Assembly: GCA_963750165.1 (NCBI GenBank)
Contig: CAVVPN010000003.1
Location: 672,001-736,000, forward strand
Direction: 5' to 3'
DNA: 64,000 nucleotides
From: an uncultured Gemmataceae bacterium
Lineage (GTDB): Bacteria; Planctomycetota; Planctomycetia; Gemmatales; Gemmataceae
Numbering within the stretch: position 1 is the stretch's first letter; the number at the start of each line of letters is the position of its first letter. The translations under genes and the position numbers were made by a program. The notes under the pieces were generated by a model. The model did not search any database, was not told the DNA's origin, and saw nothing but the letters and a program-made list of their open reading frames with translations. Shown piece by piece: positions 9,750 to 21,333 of this stretch.

Positions 9750-10841
9750 ATGCCCAATGGTTCCGACACCGTAGAAGTTTGCAACTCCGCTGGCAGTAAG
9801 AGTTCCCGAGTTGCCCCCATGCCAAGATCCCCCGGTTCTTCCCCACACACGCTGACGGCGCCCCTGACCGATTTTTTTGATGCCCTGCCCTCTGGTATGT
9901 CCGAGCTGGAAGAACAGTTGCGCCGGGTGGCGCCGCAGGACACGACCTTGTTGTTCACGGGGGAGACGGGGACGGGCAAAACGCGCCTGGCTCGTCTCAT
10001 CCACGAACTGTCGGCGCGCCGCGACGAGCCCTTCCTGGTCATCGACTGTGGTGCCCTCTCGGAGCACTTGATCGAGAGCGAGTTCTTCGGTCATGTGAAG
10101 GGCGCGTTCACCGGTGCCGACCGCGACCGCGTGGGCAAACTGGCCGCCGCGGGCCGCGGCACCCTGCTCGTGGACGAGGTGAATTCCCTGCCCCTGGCCT
10201 TGCAGAGCAAGTTGCTCCGCGCCGCCGACGAACGGGTCTTCGAGCCGGTCGGCTCGGAGAAGCCACAGCCGTTCCGCGCCCGGCTGATCGCTGCCACCAA
10301 CGCCCCACTGGACCGCGAGGTCGAGGCCGGCCGGTTCCGGGCCGACCTCTATTTCCGGCTCAATGTGGTGGGCTTCTCCCTGCCGCCGCTGCGCGACCGG
10401 CCCGAGGTCATTGCCGCGCTGGCCCACAAGTTTTTCCGCGAATTTGCGGACCAGCGGCGCGCGACCTCCCTGAAGAGCATTACGCCGGACACGGTGCAGG
10501 CCCTGACAGCCTACTCCTGGCCGGGCAACATCCGCGAGCTCCGCAATGTCCTGGAGCGGGCGGTCGCCCTCAGCCGTGGACCGGAAATCCAGCTGACCGA
10601 TCTGCCCGAGGCCGTTCGCTCTGCCCGGCCGGCGATCGCTCCCGCTGAGCTGCCTCGGAGCCAACCCACCCCGCGGCCGAGCCCCTCCACCCTGGCCCAG
10701 AGCAAGGAAGAGGCGGAAATCCTGTTGATCACCGAGGTGCTGCGGCGCAACAACAACAATCGGCTGCGTGCCGCGGCCGAACTCGGCATCAGCCGCATGG
10801 GGCTGTACAAGAAACTGCACAAGTATCGCTTGATCGATTAA
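9750..10841 (+). CDS. Sigma54-dependent activator (AAA+ plus Fis-type HTH) without a receiver domain
   Basis: GETGTGKT Walker A, ESEFFGHVKGAFTGA, FRADLYFRL, WPGNIREL, C-terminal AAAELGISRMGLYKKL; GAGGAG RBS before ATG 9750. Confidence 0.9.
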   Translation: MPNGSDTVEVCNSAGSKSSRVAPMPRSPGSSPHTLTAPLTDFFDALPSGMSELEEQLRRVAPQDTTLLFTGETGTGKTRLARLIHELSARRDEPFLVIDCGALSEHLIESEFFGHVKGAFTGADRDRVGKLAAAGRGTLLVDEVNSLPLALQSKLLRAADERVFEPVGSEKPQPFRARLIAATNAPLDREVEAGRFRADLYFRLNVVGFSLPPLRDRPEVIAALAHKFFREFADQRRATSLKSITPDTVQALTAYSWPGNIRELRNVLERAVALSRGPEIQLTDLPEAVRSARPAIAPAELPRSQPTPRPSPSTLAQSKEEAEILLITEVLRRNNNNRLRAAAELGISRMGLYKKLHKYRLID

Positions 10842-10852
10842 CGCATTAAAGA

Positions 10853-10947
10853 CGAATCACGAAAACACGACAGAACGAAAACACGAAAAAGACCAATTCA
10901 TTTATGGTCTTTTTCGTGTTTTTGTTCTGTCGTGTTTTCGTGATTCG
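10853..10947. terminator. Long hairpin (43-bp arms, one mismatch, 9-nt loop) between convergent genes
   Basis: cgaatcacgaaaacacgacagaacgaaaacacgaaaaagacca / tggtctttttcgtgtttttgttctgtcgtgttttcgtgattcg. Confidence 0.8.
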
Positions 10948-10956
10948 CCTTTGGTT

Positions 10957-12375
10957 TCAGGCGGTGCCCATCAAGCCGTATTTGTGCAGTTTCTTGTACA
11001 GCGCCATGCGGCTGATGCCGAGTTCAGCCGCAGCACGCAGCCGATTGTTGCGGTGCTTCTCCAGCGCCTCCGTGATGCGCACGATCTCAGCCTCTTCCTT
11101 GACCACCGCCAGCGTGGACTGCTCGCCCGGCAGGTAGCTCGGCACCGCCGCCGGAGAGGCGGATCGGGAACAGGAGCCCCAGTGGCCGGCGGAGCGAATG
11201 GCCTCGGGCAGGTCGCGCACCTGGATTTCCGTGCCGGGGCACAGGGCGACCGCGCGTTCGAGGACGTTGCGCAGCTCGCGAATGTTGCCCGGCCAGTCGT
11301 ACTCCTCCAGGCAGCGCAGGGCGTCCGGCGCGATGCGGTGGATGTTGCGGCTGTTGCGGCTGGCGAACTCGACCAGGAACTTGCTGGCCAGTGGGGTGAC
11401 GGTGCCGCGCCGCTCCCGCAGTGGGGCGAGGTAAAAGCCCACAACGTTGAGCCGATAGAACAGGTCGGCGCGAAACCGATTCTCGGCGACCTCACGGTCC
11501 AGCGGCTTGTTGCTGGCGGCGATCAGTCGGGCCTGCAGCGGCAGCTGCCGGTTGGAGCCGACCGGCTCGAAGACCCGCTCGTCCACGGCGCGGAGCAGCT
11601 TGCTCTGCAGCGGCCCTGGCAGGGAGTTGATCTCGTCCAGCAACAGCGTGCCAGCCCCCGCCGCCAGGAACTTGCCCGGCCGGTCGCGGTCGGCGCCAGT
11701 GAAGGCGCCCTTCACATGGCCGAACATTTCGCTCTCGATCAGGCTGGCGGACAGGGCGCCGCAGTCGATGACCAGGAAGGGTTCGTCGCGCCGCGGCGAC
11801 AGTTCGTGGATGAGACGAGCCAGGCGCGTCTTGCCCGTCCCTGTCTCCCCCGTGAACAACAAGGTCGTGTCCTGCGGTCCCAGGCGGCGAATTTGTTCCA
11901 TCTGCTCGGACATCTCAGGGGACACCACGAAGTGCAGGGCGTCCTGCATCCCCAGCAAGCCGGAGGGGTCGCCGGCGGCTTTCTCGCGGCGGCCGAAGCG
12001 GGCGCGCAGGGTGAGGGTGTCCAGCAGGTAGGACAAGCGCCCGAGTTCCACCGGCAGCCCCACGTAGTCGGTGGCGCCGGCCCGGAGAAAGGCCACTGCC
12101 TGGTGGTCCTGGTACGAGTCACTGAGTACCACGACGGTCGGAGGCACCTGCCGGGCCGCCAGCGCGGTCACGAAGCGGGTCAGTTCGGCCTCGTCTCCGT
12201 CCTGGGTAAGGTGCGTCATCACCAGGGCCGGATCCTCCTGATCGGGGCGCACAAGGGCATCGACAAGATCTCCGCACACTTCCAGCCGCACGCGCTCCAC
12301 AGAATCCAGGCCGTCCTTCACCATCCGTAGCAACCGGGGGTCTGTGCTCACCAGTAACGCTGTACAGTCAACCAT
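10957..12375 (-). CDS. Sigma54-dependent activator with a degenerate (pseudo-)receiver domain
   Basis: Receiver-like N-terminus (ALLVSTD, LVMTHL, VVVLS, AGATDYVGLP), then GETGTGKT, GAFTGA, WPGNIREL and a Fis HTH. Confidence 0.9.
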   Translation of the reverse strand: MVDCTALLVSTDPRLLRMVKDGLDSVERVRLEVCGDLVDALVRPDQEDPALVMTHLTQDGDEAELTRFVTALAARQVPPTVVVLSDSYQDHQAVAFLRAGATDYVGLPVELGRLSYLLDTLTLRARFGRREKAAGDPSGLLGMQDALHFVVSPEMSEQMEQIRRLGPQDTTLLFTGETGTGKTRLARLIHELSPRRDEPFLVIDCGALSASLIESEMFGHVKGAFTGADRDRPGKFLAAGAGTLLLDEINSLPGPLQSKLLRAVDERVFEPVGSNRQLPLQARLIAASNKPLDREVAENRFRADLFYRLNVVGFYLAPLRERRGTVTPLASKFLVEFASRNSRNIHRIAPDALRCLEEYDWPGNIRELRNVLERAVALCPGTEIQVRDLPEAIRSAGHWGSCSRSASPAAVPSYLPGEQSTLAVVKEEAEIVRITEALEKHRNNRLRAAAELGISRMALYKKLHKYGLMGTA

Positions 12376-13194
12376 GGGTGCGTTCCTATGTCGTGAACTC
12401 AAGTTGGGCTGAGCATCCCTGCACAGGTCTCCCGATCTGTCCCTGTCCGGGGCCATCACGCAGCGTAGGTCCTCCTTTGGGTGGAAAAAGACGCAGAAGT
12501 CGGCACCTGGCCTCGGGGGGCAGAGGCCTGTTCCCCGCGGGGGCGGGGACAAAACGGAAATACAACCCGAACCGGGGGAGCAGAAGCAGACCAACGGCAT
12601 CAACCGTGATTCAGGCAGCGTTCGGCACTCCATCACAACATACGTCATACCGAATGCGAGTTCAAACTTCGGATGGAGAGCCGGTACTGGGGTGCTGTCG
12701 GGTTCATGGTTTGTGGTGTTGTGGGTTGATTCAAAGCAATTAATTACCGTACCGATCCACAGTCGGAGCTATCCCGGTTGTCTGATCCCGCCCTGGGACC
12801 CTAACCGCGGGCTTCAATGCCGGGCAGAAACCACCGGACTTCATCGTCCAGGGGGAGGCCACAGGAAGATCGACAGCTGGGCGGCACGACCAAGAAGTTC
12901 AGGCCAGGGATGAACTTTGCTCAGTCGCTTGTCCTCACGTTGTGGGGGATGGGTAGGCATTACTCAAGGGGATTTAATCACACGAACCTGGCCCACGCAA
13001 GCAGAAAAACCGGAAAAGTTGTTAAAAACCGCAAATTTTTCCGCTGAAATTAACTGCGTGCTCCAAGTGCCTAACTGACAGGAGGATGCGCCACCTGCTT
13101 GTGACCGGTGCAACAACCCTCGGGCGCCCCGTGTACTATGCTTGCTCCGATCCCCTGGTGCTCCGCCCGCTTTACCCCCTCTTGCGAGGTTTTC

Positions 13195-14133
13195 ATGGCG
13201 CAGGCCAATCATCCCGAATCCCTTCATCAGCGCTGCGTGGATTTGCTCTTCGCCCAGGCGGCGGGCGGCGCCCCCGCCGAGCAGGGCGGCCCCCACCCGG
13301 TCGGGGCGCCGACGGTTTTTGACGTGGCCCCCGCCGCGTCGGCGCTGCTGACGACCGCTCCAGCCATGATGTTCGGGGTTGCCCAGCCGAACTGGCCCCG
13401 CCGGCCGCCGGACCTGAGCACGCCCGAGGGCGTCCAGGCGGCTTTCGAGTGGTTCCGCGAGGAGAAAGCCCGTCTGGAGGCATACACCCGCAGCCAGTTC
13501 GGCGCCATCCGCAAGCAGCAGGAAGACCTCCTGGCCCAGCACGTCCGCAATGAGCAGTCGCTGCTCGCCGGACACCTGCGCAATGAAGAAGCCCTGGCGG
13601 TGCGCGCCCAGGAAGTGAACCGGGAATTGCAGTACCTCGCCACGCAGACGGCCGCCCTGCAGGCGCGGTCCCGCGACCTGACGGATCGCGAGCAGGCCCT
13701 GGCCCAGCAGACGGAACGACTGGCCCGAGCCCAGGAGGACTGGCTGGCGAAGCGCCCGACCAGCGCCGACGCCCCGCACGCCGACGCTCCGGAAGCGCTC
13801 CTGTCCCAGCTGCGTGCGGAGACCGAACGGATCGCCGCCCAGGAAACCGACGCCCGCGAGCGGTTCGCCTCCTTCGAGGCCGACCTTCTCGAACGGCAGC
13901 GGACCTGGGAAAAGCGGCAGGCGGACATCACCAGGCGCCACGCCCAGATGGAAACGCGCTACGCCGCCCTGGAGAAGGCCGAGGCCGCCGTCCAGCGGCG
14001 AATGACCGAACTGGACGAACTGGAAGACCGCCTGCGCCAGGAACTGGAGACCCAGGAGTGCCAGGCGGTGCGCGAACGCCAGGAACTGGAACGCCTCCGC
14101 GCCCGCCTGCGCACCCAACTGACTGGCGGTTGA
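13195..14133 (+). CDS. Hypothetical coiled-coil protein
   Basis: Long E/Q/R/L-rich heptad-like stretch; codon bias of a coding region. Confidence 0.7.
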   Translation: MAQANHPESLHQRCVDLLFAQAAGGAPAEQGGPHPVGAPTVFDVAPAASALLTTAPAMMFGVAQPNWPRRPPDLSTPEGVQAAFEWFREEKARLEAYTRSQFGAIRKQQEDLLAQHVRNEQSLLAGHLRNEEALAVRAQEVNRELQYLATQTAALQARSRDLTDREQALAQQTERLARAQEDWLAKRPTSADAPHADAPEALLSQLRAETERIAAQETDARERFASFEADLLERQRTWEKRQADITRRHAQMETRYAALEKAEAAVQRRMTELDELEDRLRQELETQECQAVRERQELERLRARLRTQLTGG

Positions 14134-14262
14134 CGCGGGAGCACCCTGGCGGTTCTTGCTGCTCTGACTTCGAGCGATCCCCCCGCGGGCCGGCGACGCA
14201 TTGTCAAACGAGTCCGCGGCGGACACAATGCCCCCAGAACCACCACTCCCGGGGGCCGTCGC

Positions 14263-15756
14263 ATGACATCCTTCCTGCTGGCCATCGACCAGGGCACGAC
14301 CAGCACGCGCACGCTGGTCTTCGACGACGCCGGCGCCGTCCGTGGCAGCGCTGCGCTGGAACTGCACCAGCACTACCCGCGGCCCGGCTGGGTCGAGCAC
14401 GACCCAGAGGAAATCTGGCAGGCCGTGACGCGCGTGGTGCCGGAGGCGCTGCGGCAGGCGCACGTAGAGCCGTCCCAGCTGGCCGCCGTCGGCGTCACCA
14501 ACCAGCGCGAAACGGTCGTGCTCTGGGACCGCGCCACCGGGCGGCCGCTGGCGCCGGCCATCGTCTGGCAGGACCGGCGCACGACCGACTTCTGCCGCGA
14601 ACGTCAGGCGGACGAACCGTGGCTGCGGCAGCGCACCGGACTGGTGCTCGACCCGTACTTCTCGGCGACCAAGCTGCGCTGGCTGCTGGAGCAGGACGCG
14701 GCCCTGCGGCGGCGCGCCGAGGCGGGGCAGTTGGCGGCCGGCACCATCGACAGCTGGCTGATCTGGCGGCTGACCGGCGGCCGCGTCCACGTCACGGACG
14801 TGACCAACGCCTCGCGCACGCTGCTGCTGGACATCCACCGCTGCGCCTGGGACGACGAACTGTGCCGCTACTTCGGGGTGCCGCGACCGCTGCTGGCGGA
14901 GGTGAAGCCAAGCGCCGCGGACTTCGGCCAAACTGCGGGGCTCGGCTTCTTGCCGGACGGGCTGCGGATTGCCGGCGTGGCGGGCGACCAGCAGGCGGCG
15001 CTGTTCGGCCAGCGGGCGTTCACGGCCGGCGCGGGCAAGTGTACCTACGGCACCGGGGCGTTTTTCCTGCTGCACACGGGCGCGACCGCGGTGGCGTCGG
15101 CGCACCGGCTGCTGACGACGGTGGCGGCGACGCTGGACGAACGACCGCAGTACGCCCTGGAGGGCAGCGTCTTCGTGGCCGGGGCGGCGGTGCAGTGGCT
15201 GCGCGACGGTCTGAAGCTGTTCCGCGAGGCGCCGGCGGTCGAGGCGCTGGCGGCGCAGTCGGACCAGGAGCAGCCGGTGCTGTTCGTGCCGGGCTTCGTG
15301 GGGTTGGGGGCGCCGCACTGGGTGCCGGAGGCGCGGGGCGTGCTGTTCGGGCTGACGCGCGCCACGACGGCGGCGGACGTGAGCCGGGCGACGCTGGAGG
15401 GCGTCGCGTTCCAGGTGGCGGACCTGGTTGAGGCGGCTGGCAAGGACGCGGGCGCGCCGATGCAGGGCCTGCGTGTGGACGGTGGCATGGCGCGGAATGC
15501 GTGGTTCTTGCAGTGCCAGGCGGACCTGCTGGGACTGCCGGTGCTGCAGGCGCCGACCAGTGAATCGACGGCGCTGGGGGCGGCGCTGCTGGCGGGGCTG
15601 CGCGTCGGCGTCTGGCCGGACCTGGAGGGCTTGCGGCGGTTGCCGATGGAAGCGCGACGGTTTGAGCCGCGGTTGCCGGAGGCAGAGCGGCGGCGGCGGT
15701 TGGGGCAGTGGCACCGGGCGGTGCGGGCGGTGATCGGGTTTTACACAGGGGCGTGA
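14263..15756 (+). CDS. glpK: Glycerol kinase
   Basis: AIDQGTTSTR, GVTNQRET, WQDRRT, DPYFSATK, GDQQAALFGQ, KCTYGTG, YALEGS. Confidence 0.95.
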   Translation: MTSFLLAIDQGTTSTRTLVFDDAGAVRGSAALELHQHYPRPGWVEHDPEEIWQAVTRVVPEALRQAHVEPSQLAAVGVTNQRETVVLWDRATGRPLAPAIVWQDRRTTDFCRERQADEPWLRQRTGLVLDPYFSATKLRWLLEQDAALRRRAEAGQLAAGTIDSWLIWRLTGGRVHVTDVTNASRTLLLDIHRCAWDDELCRYFGVPRPLLAEVKPSAADFGQTAGLGFLPDGLRIAGVAGDQQAALFGQRAFTAGAGKCTYGTGAFFLLHTGATAVASAHRLLTTVAATLDERPQYALEGSVFVAGAAVQWLRDGLKLFREAPAVEALAAQSDQEQPVLFVPGFVGLGAPHWVPEARGVLFGLTRATTAADVSRATLEGVAFQVADLVEAAGKDAGAPMQGLRVDGGMARNAWFLQCQADLLGLPVLQAPTSESTALGAALLAGLRVGVWPDLEGLRRLPMEARRFEPRLPEAERRRRLGQWHRAVRAVIGFYTGA

Positions 15757-15851
15757 CCGGTGGGGGCGGGTTGATGAGGCACGGTGCCGCCCAGAGCAAG
15801 AACACCGTCAGTAGATGGCCGGCGCCAATCAGGGTCGTCTCCCTGGTCGGT

Positions 15852-16970
15852 TCAGCCCATCAGCTGCCGGAACTGCTCGAACAGATAGCTGCTGTCGTGC
15901 GGCCCCGCGGACGCCTCGGGGTGGTACTGCACGCTGAACAGCGGGTAGCGCCGGTGCCGCAGCCCTTCCAACGTGCCGTCGTTCAGGTTGACGTGCGTCG
16001 GCTCCACGTCCGCCGGCAGGCTCTCCGGCAGCACCGCGAAGCCGTGGTTCTGCACCGTGATCTCCACGCGGCCCGTCGTGTGGTTGAGCACCGGCTGGTT
16101 GGCACCGCGATGGCCGAACTTCATCTTGAACGTCTTGCCGCCCAGCGCTAGCCCGAGCATCTGGTGTCCCAGGCATATCCCAAAAATCGGTTTCTTGCCG
16201 ATCAGCTGGCGGACAGTGTTGACGATGTAGCCGAGCGCCTCGGGGTCGCCGGGGCCGTTCGACAGGAAGATGCCGTCGGGCTTGTGGGCCAAAATGTGCT
16301 CGGCGCCGGCGGTGGCGGGCACGACGGTGACGCGGCAGCCGACCTGCACCAGGCAGCGCGGGATATTCCATTTCATGCCGCAGTCCACGGCGACGACGTG
16401 GTGAGTGGCCTCGCGGGCCGGCAGCAGCGTCGAGGCGAACGCACTTTCAAAGCCGGCCGACCAGGCGAACGCCTGTTCTGGCACCACCTCGCGCACCAGA
16501 TCGCGGCCGACGATGCCGGGGCTGCTGCGGGCCTTGTGGACCAGCGAGGCGTCATCGGCGTCGCTGGTGGACAGGACGCCCTTCATGGCGCCGCGCATGC
16601 GCAGCCGCCGTACCAGCGCCCGGGTGTCAATGCCCTCGATCCCGAGTACGCCGTGCTCGGCCAGATAAGCGTCGAGGCTGTGGTGTGACCGGAAGTTGCT
16701 CGGTGTGCGGGCCAGCTCGCGGACGATGAAGCCTTCCACTTGTGGGTGCCGCGACTCGGTGTCCTCGGCGTTGACGCCGTAGTTGCCGATGAGCGGGTAG
16801 GTCATGGCGACAATCTGGCCCTTGTAGGACGGATCGGTCAACACCTCCTGGTAGCCGGTCATGCTGGTGTTGAACACGACCTCACCGGCCCGTTCGCCGG
16901 CGGCGCCGAAGCGCCGCCCGGTGTACACGGTGCCGTCTTCCAGGGCCAACTTCGCCCAGGGAATGCTCAC
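15852..16970 (-). CDS. carA: Carbamoyl-phosphate synthase small subunit
   Basis: GEVVFNTSMTGYQE, LSNGPGDP, GICLGHQ, FGHRGANQPV, QYHPEAS. Confidence 0.97.
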   Translation of the reverse strand: MSIPWAKLALEDGTVYTGRRFGAAGERAGEVVFNTSMTGYQEVLTDPSYKGQIVAMTYPLIGNYGVNAEDTESRHPQVEGFIVRELARTPSNFRSHHSLDAYLAEHGVLGIEGIDTRALVRRLRMRGAMKGVLSTSDADDASLVHKARSSPGIVGRDLVREVVPEQAFAWSAGFESAFASTLLPAREATHHVVAVDCGMKWNIPRCLVQVGCRVTVVPATAGAEHILAHKPDGIFLSNGPGDPEALGYIVNTVRQLIGKKPIFGICLGHQMLGLALGGKTFKMKFGHRGANQPVLNHTTGRVEITVQNHGFAVLPESLPADVEPTHVNLNDGTLEGLRHRRYPLFSVQYHPEASAGPHDSSYLFEQFRQLMG

Positions 16971-16983
16971 TGCTCGCCTCCGC

Positions 16984-17094
16984 AGTCATTAGTCATTAGT
17001 CAATAATCATTAGTTATACGGGTTCAAGGCCCAGGTGTTCACCCCGGCGCTCGAGCCCGGATAACTAATGACTATTGACTAATGACTAATGACT
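16984..17094. repeat. Inverted repeat built from AGTCATT heptamers
   Basis: agtcattagtcattagtcaataatcattagttat ... ataactaatgactattgactaatgactaatgact. Confidence 0.8.
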
Positions 17095-17509
17095 ACTTCC
17101 GCTTGAACGCGAGCGTGAAGTCCTCGAAGTTGATCTGCTTGTGGCCGTTGCCGGAGGCGGTGAAGAACTGCTCCAGCAGGTCGCGGACCAGCGCCGAGTC
17201 GAGGCGGTAGAAGTTGTGCTTGCCGTCCCGGCGACAGCCGACCAGGTTGCGGTCGCGCAACAGCCGTAGGTGGTGGCTGACCGCCGGTTGCGACACCTTG
17301 TGGCCAAGCAGGTCGCACAGCTCGGAGACGTGCATCTCGCCGCGTTGTGCCAGCGCCAGCAGGATGGTCAACCGTGACTCGTCCGACAACAGGTCGAACA
17401 CGTCGGTCAGGCCCTTGATGATGCGATCCGAGACGGTCAGGTGCGGCGGCGCCGCCAACGGAGCGGCCTTTTTGCGCGGCTTGTTCAGAACGGTCGAGGG
17501 GGTGCTCAC
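17093..17509 (-). CDS. ArsR/SmtB family transcriptional regulator
   Basis: LSDESRLTIL...HVSELC...SQPAVSHHLRLLR...RRDGKHNFYRL. Confidence 0.9.
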   Translation of the reverse strand: MSTPSTVLNKPRKKAAPLAAPPHLTVSDRIIKGLTDVFDLLSDESRLTILLALAQRGEMHVSELCDLLGHKVSQPAVSHHLRLLRDRNLVGCRRDGKHNFYRLDSALVRDLLEQFFTASGNGHKQINFEDFTLAFKRK

Positions 17510-17930
17510 GGAATTTCCTCCTGCGCAGGAGGGGGACGGCCCCTCCGATTGGTGCGCAACGGTACGGGGTGGCGCGGCCGGGAATAGAGCCAGGCTGAGG
17601 CGCGCCGCCGGGAACGAGAATCGCCCTGTGCTGGATCACCAACGTCAGCCGCTGCGGACGCCAGGGAACGCCGTCGCCTCGGTTCGCGGGCGGAGGTGCG
17701 AGTCAACCGCCCGGGGGTCGAACTGAGGTCAACATGTGTTTGGCTGTTGATCCGTTTATCCACGCAACAACTGTATTTTTCGTAGCATACCCGCCGCCCG
17801 GCTGAGGTCAACCATAATTTTAAGAATAATAGATATTTTGATGTCAAACGAGGAGAAAGGGGAGGGGAATTCGTTCTGGCGCTTGCGGGTTAGCGCTCCC
17901 CACCAGGCCGCAAGCGGCAGCAACAGCAGG

Positions 17931-18821
<891 letters not shown>

Positions 18822-18955
18822 CCGCGCTGGTCCGGGCGGGCCCGGCTCCTCAAGGCCCGGGGTAGTCGGTGTCGAAGCCGTGGCCCGGTCAGGAGACCGG
18901 GCCACAACGAGGTGACCGGAGCCTGCTGTCTTTCAATTTGCAATCTGCAATGAAA

Positions 18956-19576
<621 letters not shown>

Positions 19577-19644
19577 GATGTCTCTCCCGAAAAAGGAAAT
19601 GGGCTCCCGTACGGTCAATATATGGGGTCCGGGACCGGGGGGCA

Positions 19645-19710
19645 GGGGTAGCGGAAGTCGCCAGACTTCCGAGCAGCATCGGACGGAAGTCTGGCGACTT
19701 CTGCTACCCC
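19645..19710. repeat. Palindromic REP-like element
   Basis: ggggtagcggaagtcgccagacttccg ... cggaagtctggcgacttctgctacccc. Confidence 0.75.
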
Positions 19711-19719
19711 CAAAGCCCG

Positions 19720-20094
19720 CTAGCCCGCCACGGGTTCCGCGATCTCCGGCTCGGGCATCGGCTCCTTCACGATCTGCAGGAAGTGCAGGCCCTTCTTGCG
19801 GGCGAGCAGTTCGGCGAGTTTCTCGTCCGCGGCGGCGCGCTGGTTGTAGTTAAAGATCGCCACCTGCTTCATGGCCGAGTCGAAAACGCCCCAGCGAGCG
19901 CACATCCGCGGCGGGGCCTTCTTCGCCCGCGGTTTGCGCACCTTGGGAGTCGCGGATTTCGCCCGGGACTTCCGGGCGGGCTTGGCCTCCGCCTCCGCTT
20001 CGGGTGCCGCCTCCGCTTCGGGTGCCGCCTCCGGTTGATCCGCGGCGTCCGCCTGTTTACGCAATTCCCGGCGATTCAAGATACGACCTGCCAT
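19720..20094 (-). CDS. Hypothetical protein with a basic/Ala-rich N-terminus
   Basis: Intact ORF with a short internal repeat (EAAPEA); globular-looking C-terminus WGVFD...FLQIVKEPM. Confidence 0.75.
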   Translation of the reverse strand: MAGRILNRRELRKQADAADQPEAAPEAEAAPEAEAEAKPARKSRAKSATPKVRKPRAKKAPPRMCARWGVFDSAMKQVAIFNYNQRAAADEKLAELLARKKGLHFLQIVKEPMPEPEIAEPVAG

Positions 20095-20159
20095 GAGGGC
20101 CTGCTTTCCGGTCAGAGGAAGGGGATGAGGGGTTATACGAAAGCGCCTTGCCTTTGCTT

Positions 20160-20203
20160 GAGCCCGAAGCGCCAGCGAGGGACAGCGCTCGGGCTCCGAC
20201 CCA
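20160..20203. repeat. REP-like element, GAGCCCGAGCGCCAGCG family (degenerate copy)
   Basis: gagcccgaagcgccagcgagggacagcgctcgggctccgaccc; related copies at 41577 and 53543. Confidence 0.7.
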
Positions 20204-20216
20204 GTGCGATTCCGAA

Positions 20217-20525
20217 CTAATTGCCATGCGTCGGCCCTTTCGCGAGCGAATGAATGTGGGCCGCGGTAAAGACGACGGGGTAGCCGGCGCGCGGCGTCTG
20301 CTCGCCCGCCCCCAGCTCGTCGGCCACCTTGCCGCGGAAGGTGGGACCGCGAATACTGGTGATCCGCACCAGCAAAGTGCGCGGCGGCTTCGTGCTGCGC
20401 AGAAAGGTGAGGCGAACAAAATCGCCAGCGGCCACGCCGCGGATCGCGTCCCGCAGCTCGATGTCCTCGATGCCCTTCAGGCGGCGCAACTCCTCAATGT
20501 TCTCGATCGCGACCGGTTCACGCAT
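20217..20525 (-). CDS. Small hypothetical protein
   Basis: 102-aa ORF with AAGGA RBS (IENIEELRR...GDFVRLTFL...LLVRITSI...FRGK). Confidence 0.65.
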   Translation of the reverse strand: MREPVAIENIEELRRLKGIEDIELRDAIRGVAAGDFVRLTFLRSTKPPRTLLVRITSIRGPTFRGKVADELGAGEQTPRAGYPVVFTAAHIHSLAKGPTHGN

Positions 20526-20606
20526 GGTTGTTCCTTTAAAAGGCCATCACGGTCGGCTGTGTTGACATCATATCCTCCGGAAAACGCCGGGCGGTCGGCG
20601 CGGATC

Positions 20607-21068
20607 CTAACGTGCCTGGGTCCCGGAGCCAGCGTCCGCCACCTGGATGGCGACCAGTTCCACTTCCAGTTCCACGGCCAGGCCGGCAAAGCGATGATTG
20701 GTATCGACGACCACCGTCTCGCCGTGGATTTCGAGGATGCGCACCAGACGGCGACGGCCGTGGCTGGTCAGGATCGGCACCCATTTGCCGACCGGCAGGG
20801 GGCGGTCGGCGGCGAACCGCGCCCGCGACCAGCGCTGGACGCGGCTGGGGTCGGGTGTGCCATAGGCGAGTTCCGGCGGCACGCTGATGGTCGTCCGGCT
20901 GCCCGGGGAGAGGCCGACCAGCGCCAGGCCCAAGCCGGGCAAGCGCGGGTGGGCGACGCCAACGGTCAGGTCGAGCGGCGTCCGGTTGCGCGAGGAGGCC
21001 ACCGAGCCGTCCTGGAAGCGCTTCACGTAATGGACCTGCACGCGGTCTCCGGACTGAGCGGTTCGCAT
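20607..21068 (-). CDS. FKBP-type peptidyl-prolyl isomerase (SlyD/SlpA-like)
   Basis: GDRVQVHY, LPGLGLALVG, VPPELAYG, VDTNHRFAG...EVEL. Confidence 0.88.
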   Translation of the reverse strand: MRTAQSGDRVQVHYVKRFQDGSVASSRNRTPLDLTVGVAHPRLPGLGLALVGLSPGSRTTISVPPELAYGTPDPSRVQRWSRARFAADRPLPVGKWVPILTSHGRRRLVRILEIHGETVVVDTNHRFAGLAVELEVELVAIQVADAGSGTQAR

Positions 21069-21333
21069 CACTGGTTCCTTTCTAAACGCAGGAAGGGCGG
21101 CGGAGGTGGTGGATGGCAAGCATCCAGCCCCGGCGCCGCAGTGGTCCGCCAATTCTCGGTGCGCGAGAGGGGTGAAGAGGAATTGCAAGATCGGCCGGCA
21201 TCTCCGCGCACTGGAGGACGAATTAGACCGCCCTACTCCGCACGCTTGATGGCCGTCCGGTTCCTGGAGAGGAGAGGAGGTTTCATCAGGGATGAAGAGC
21301 AACTTCGTCTTATTCTATACAAACAGGGCCACA

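Noticed and set aside
12905..12921. Possible sigma54 promoter (GG-N10-GC)
   Set aside because: Poor match at the -24 element and far from the next start; not supportable
17538..17552. Possible att duplicate of the tRNA-Cys 3' end (ggcccctccgatt)
   Set aside because: Too short and gapped; expected by chance at this GC content
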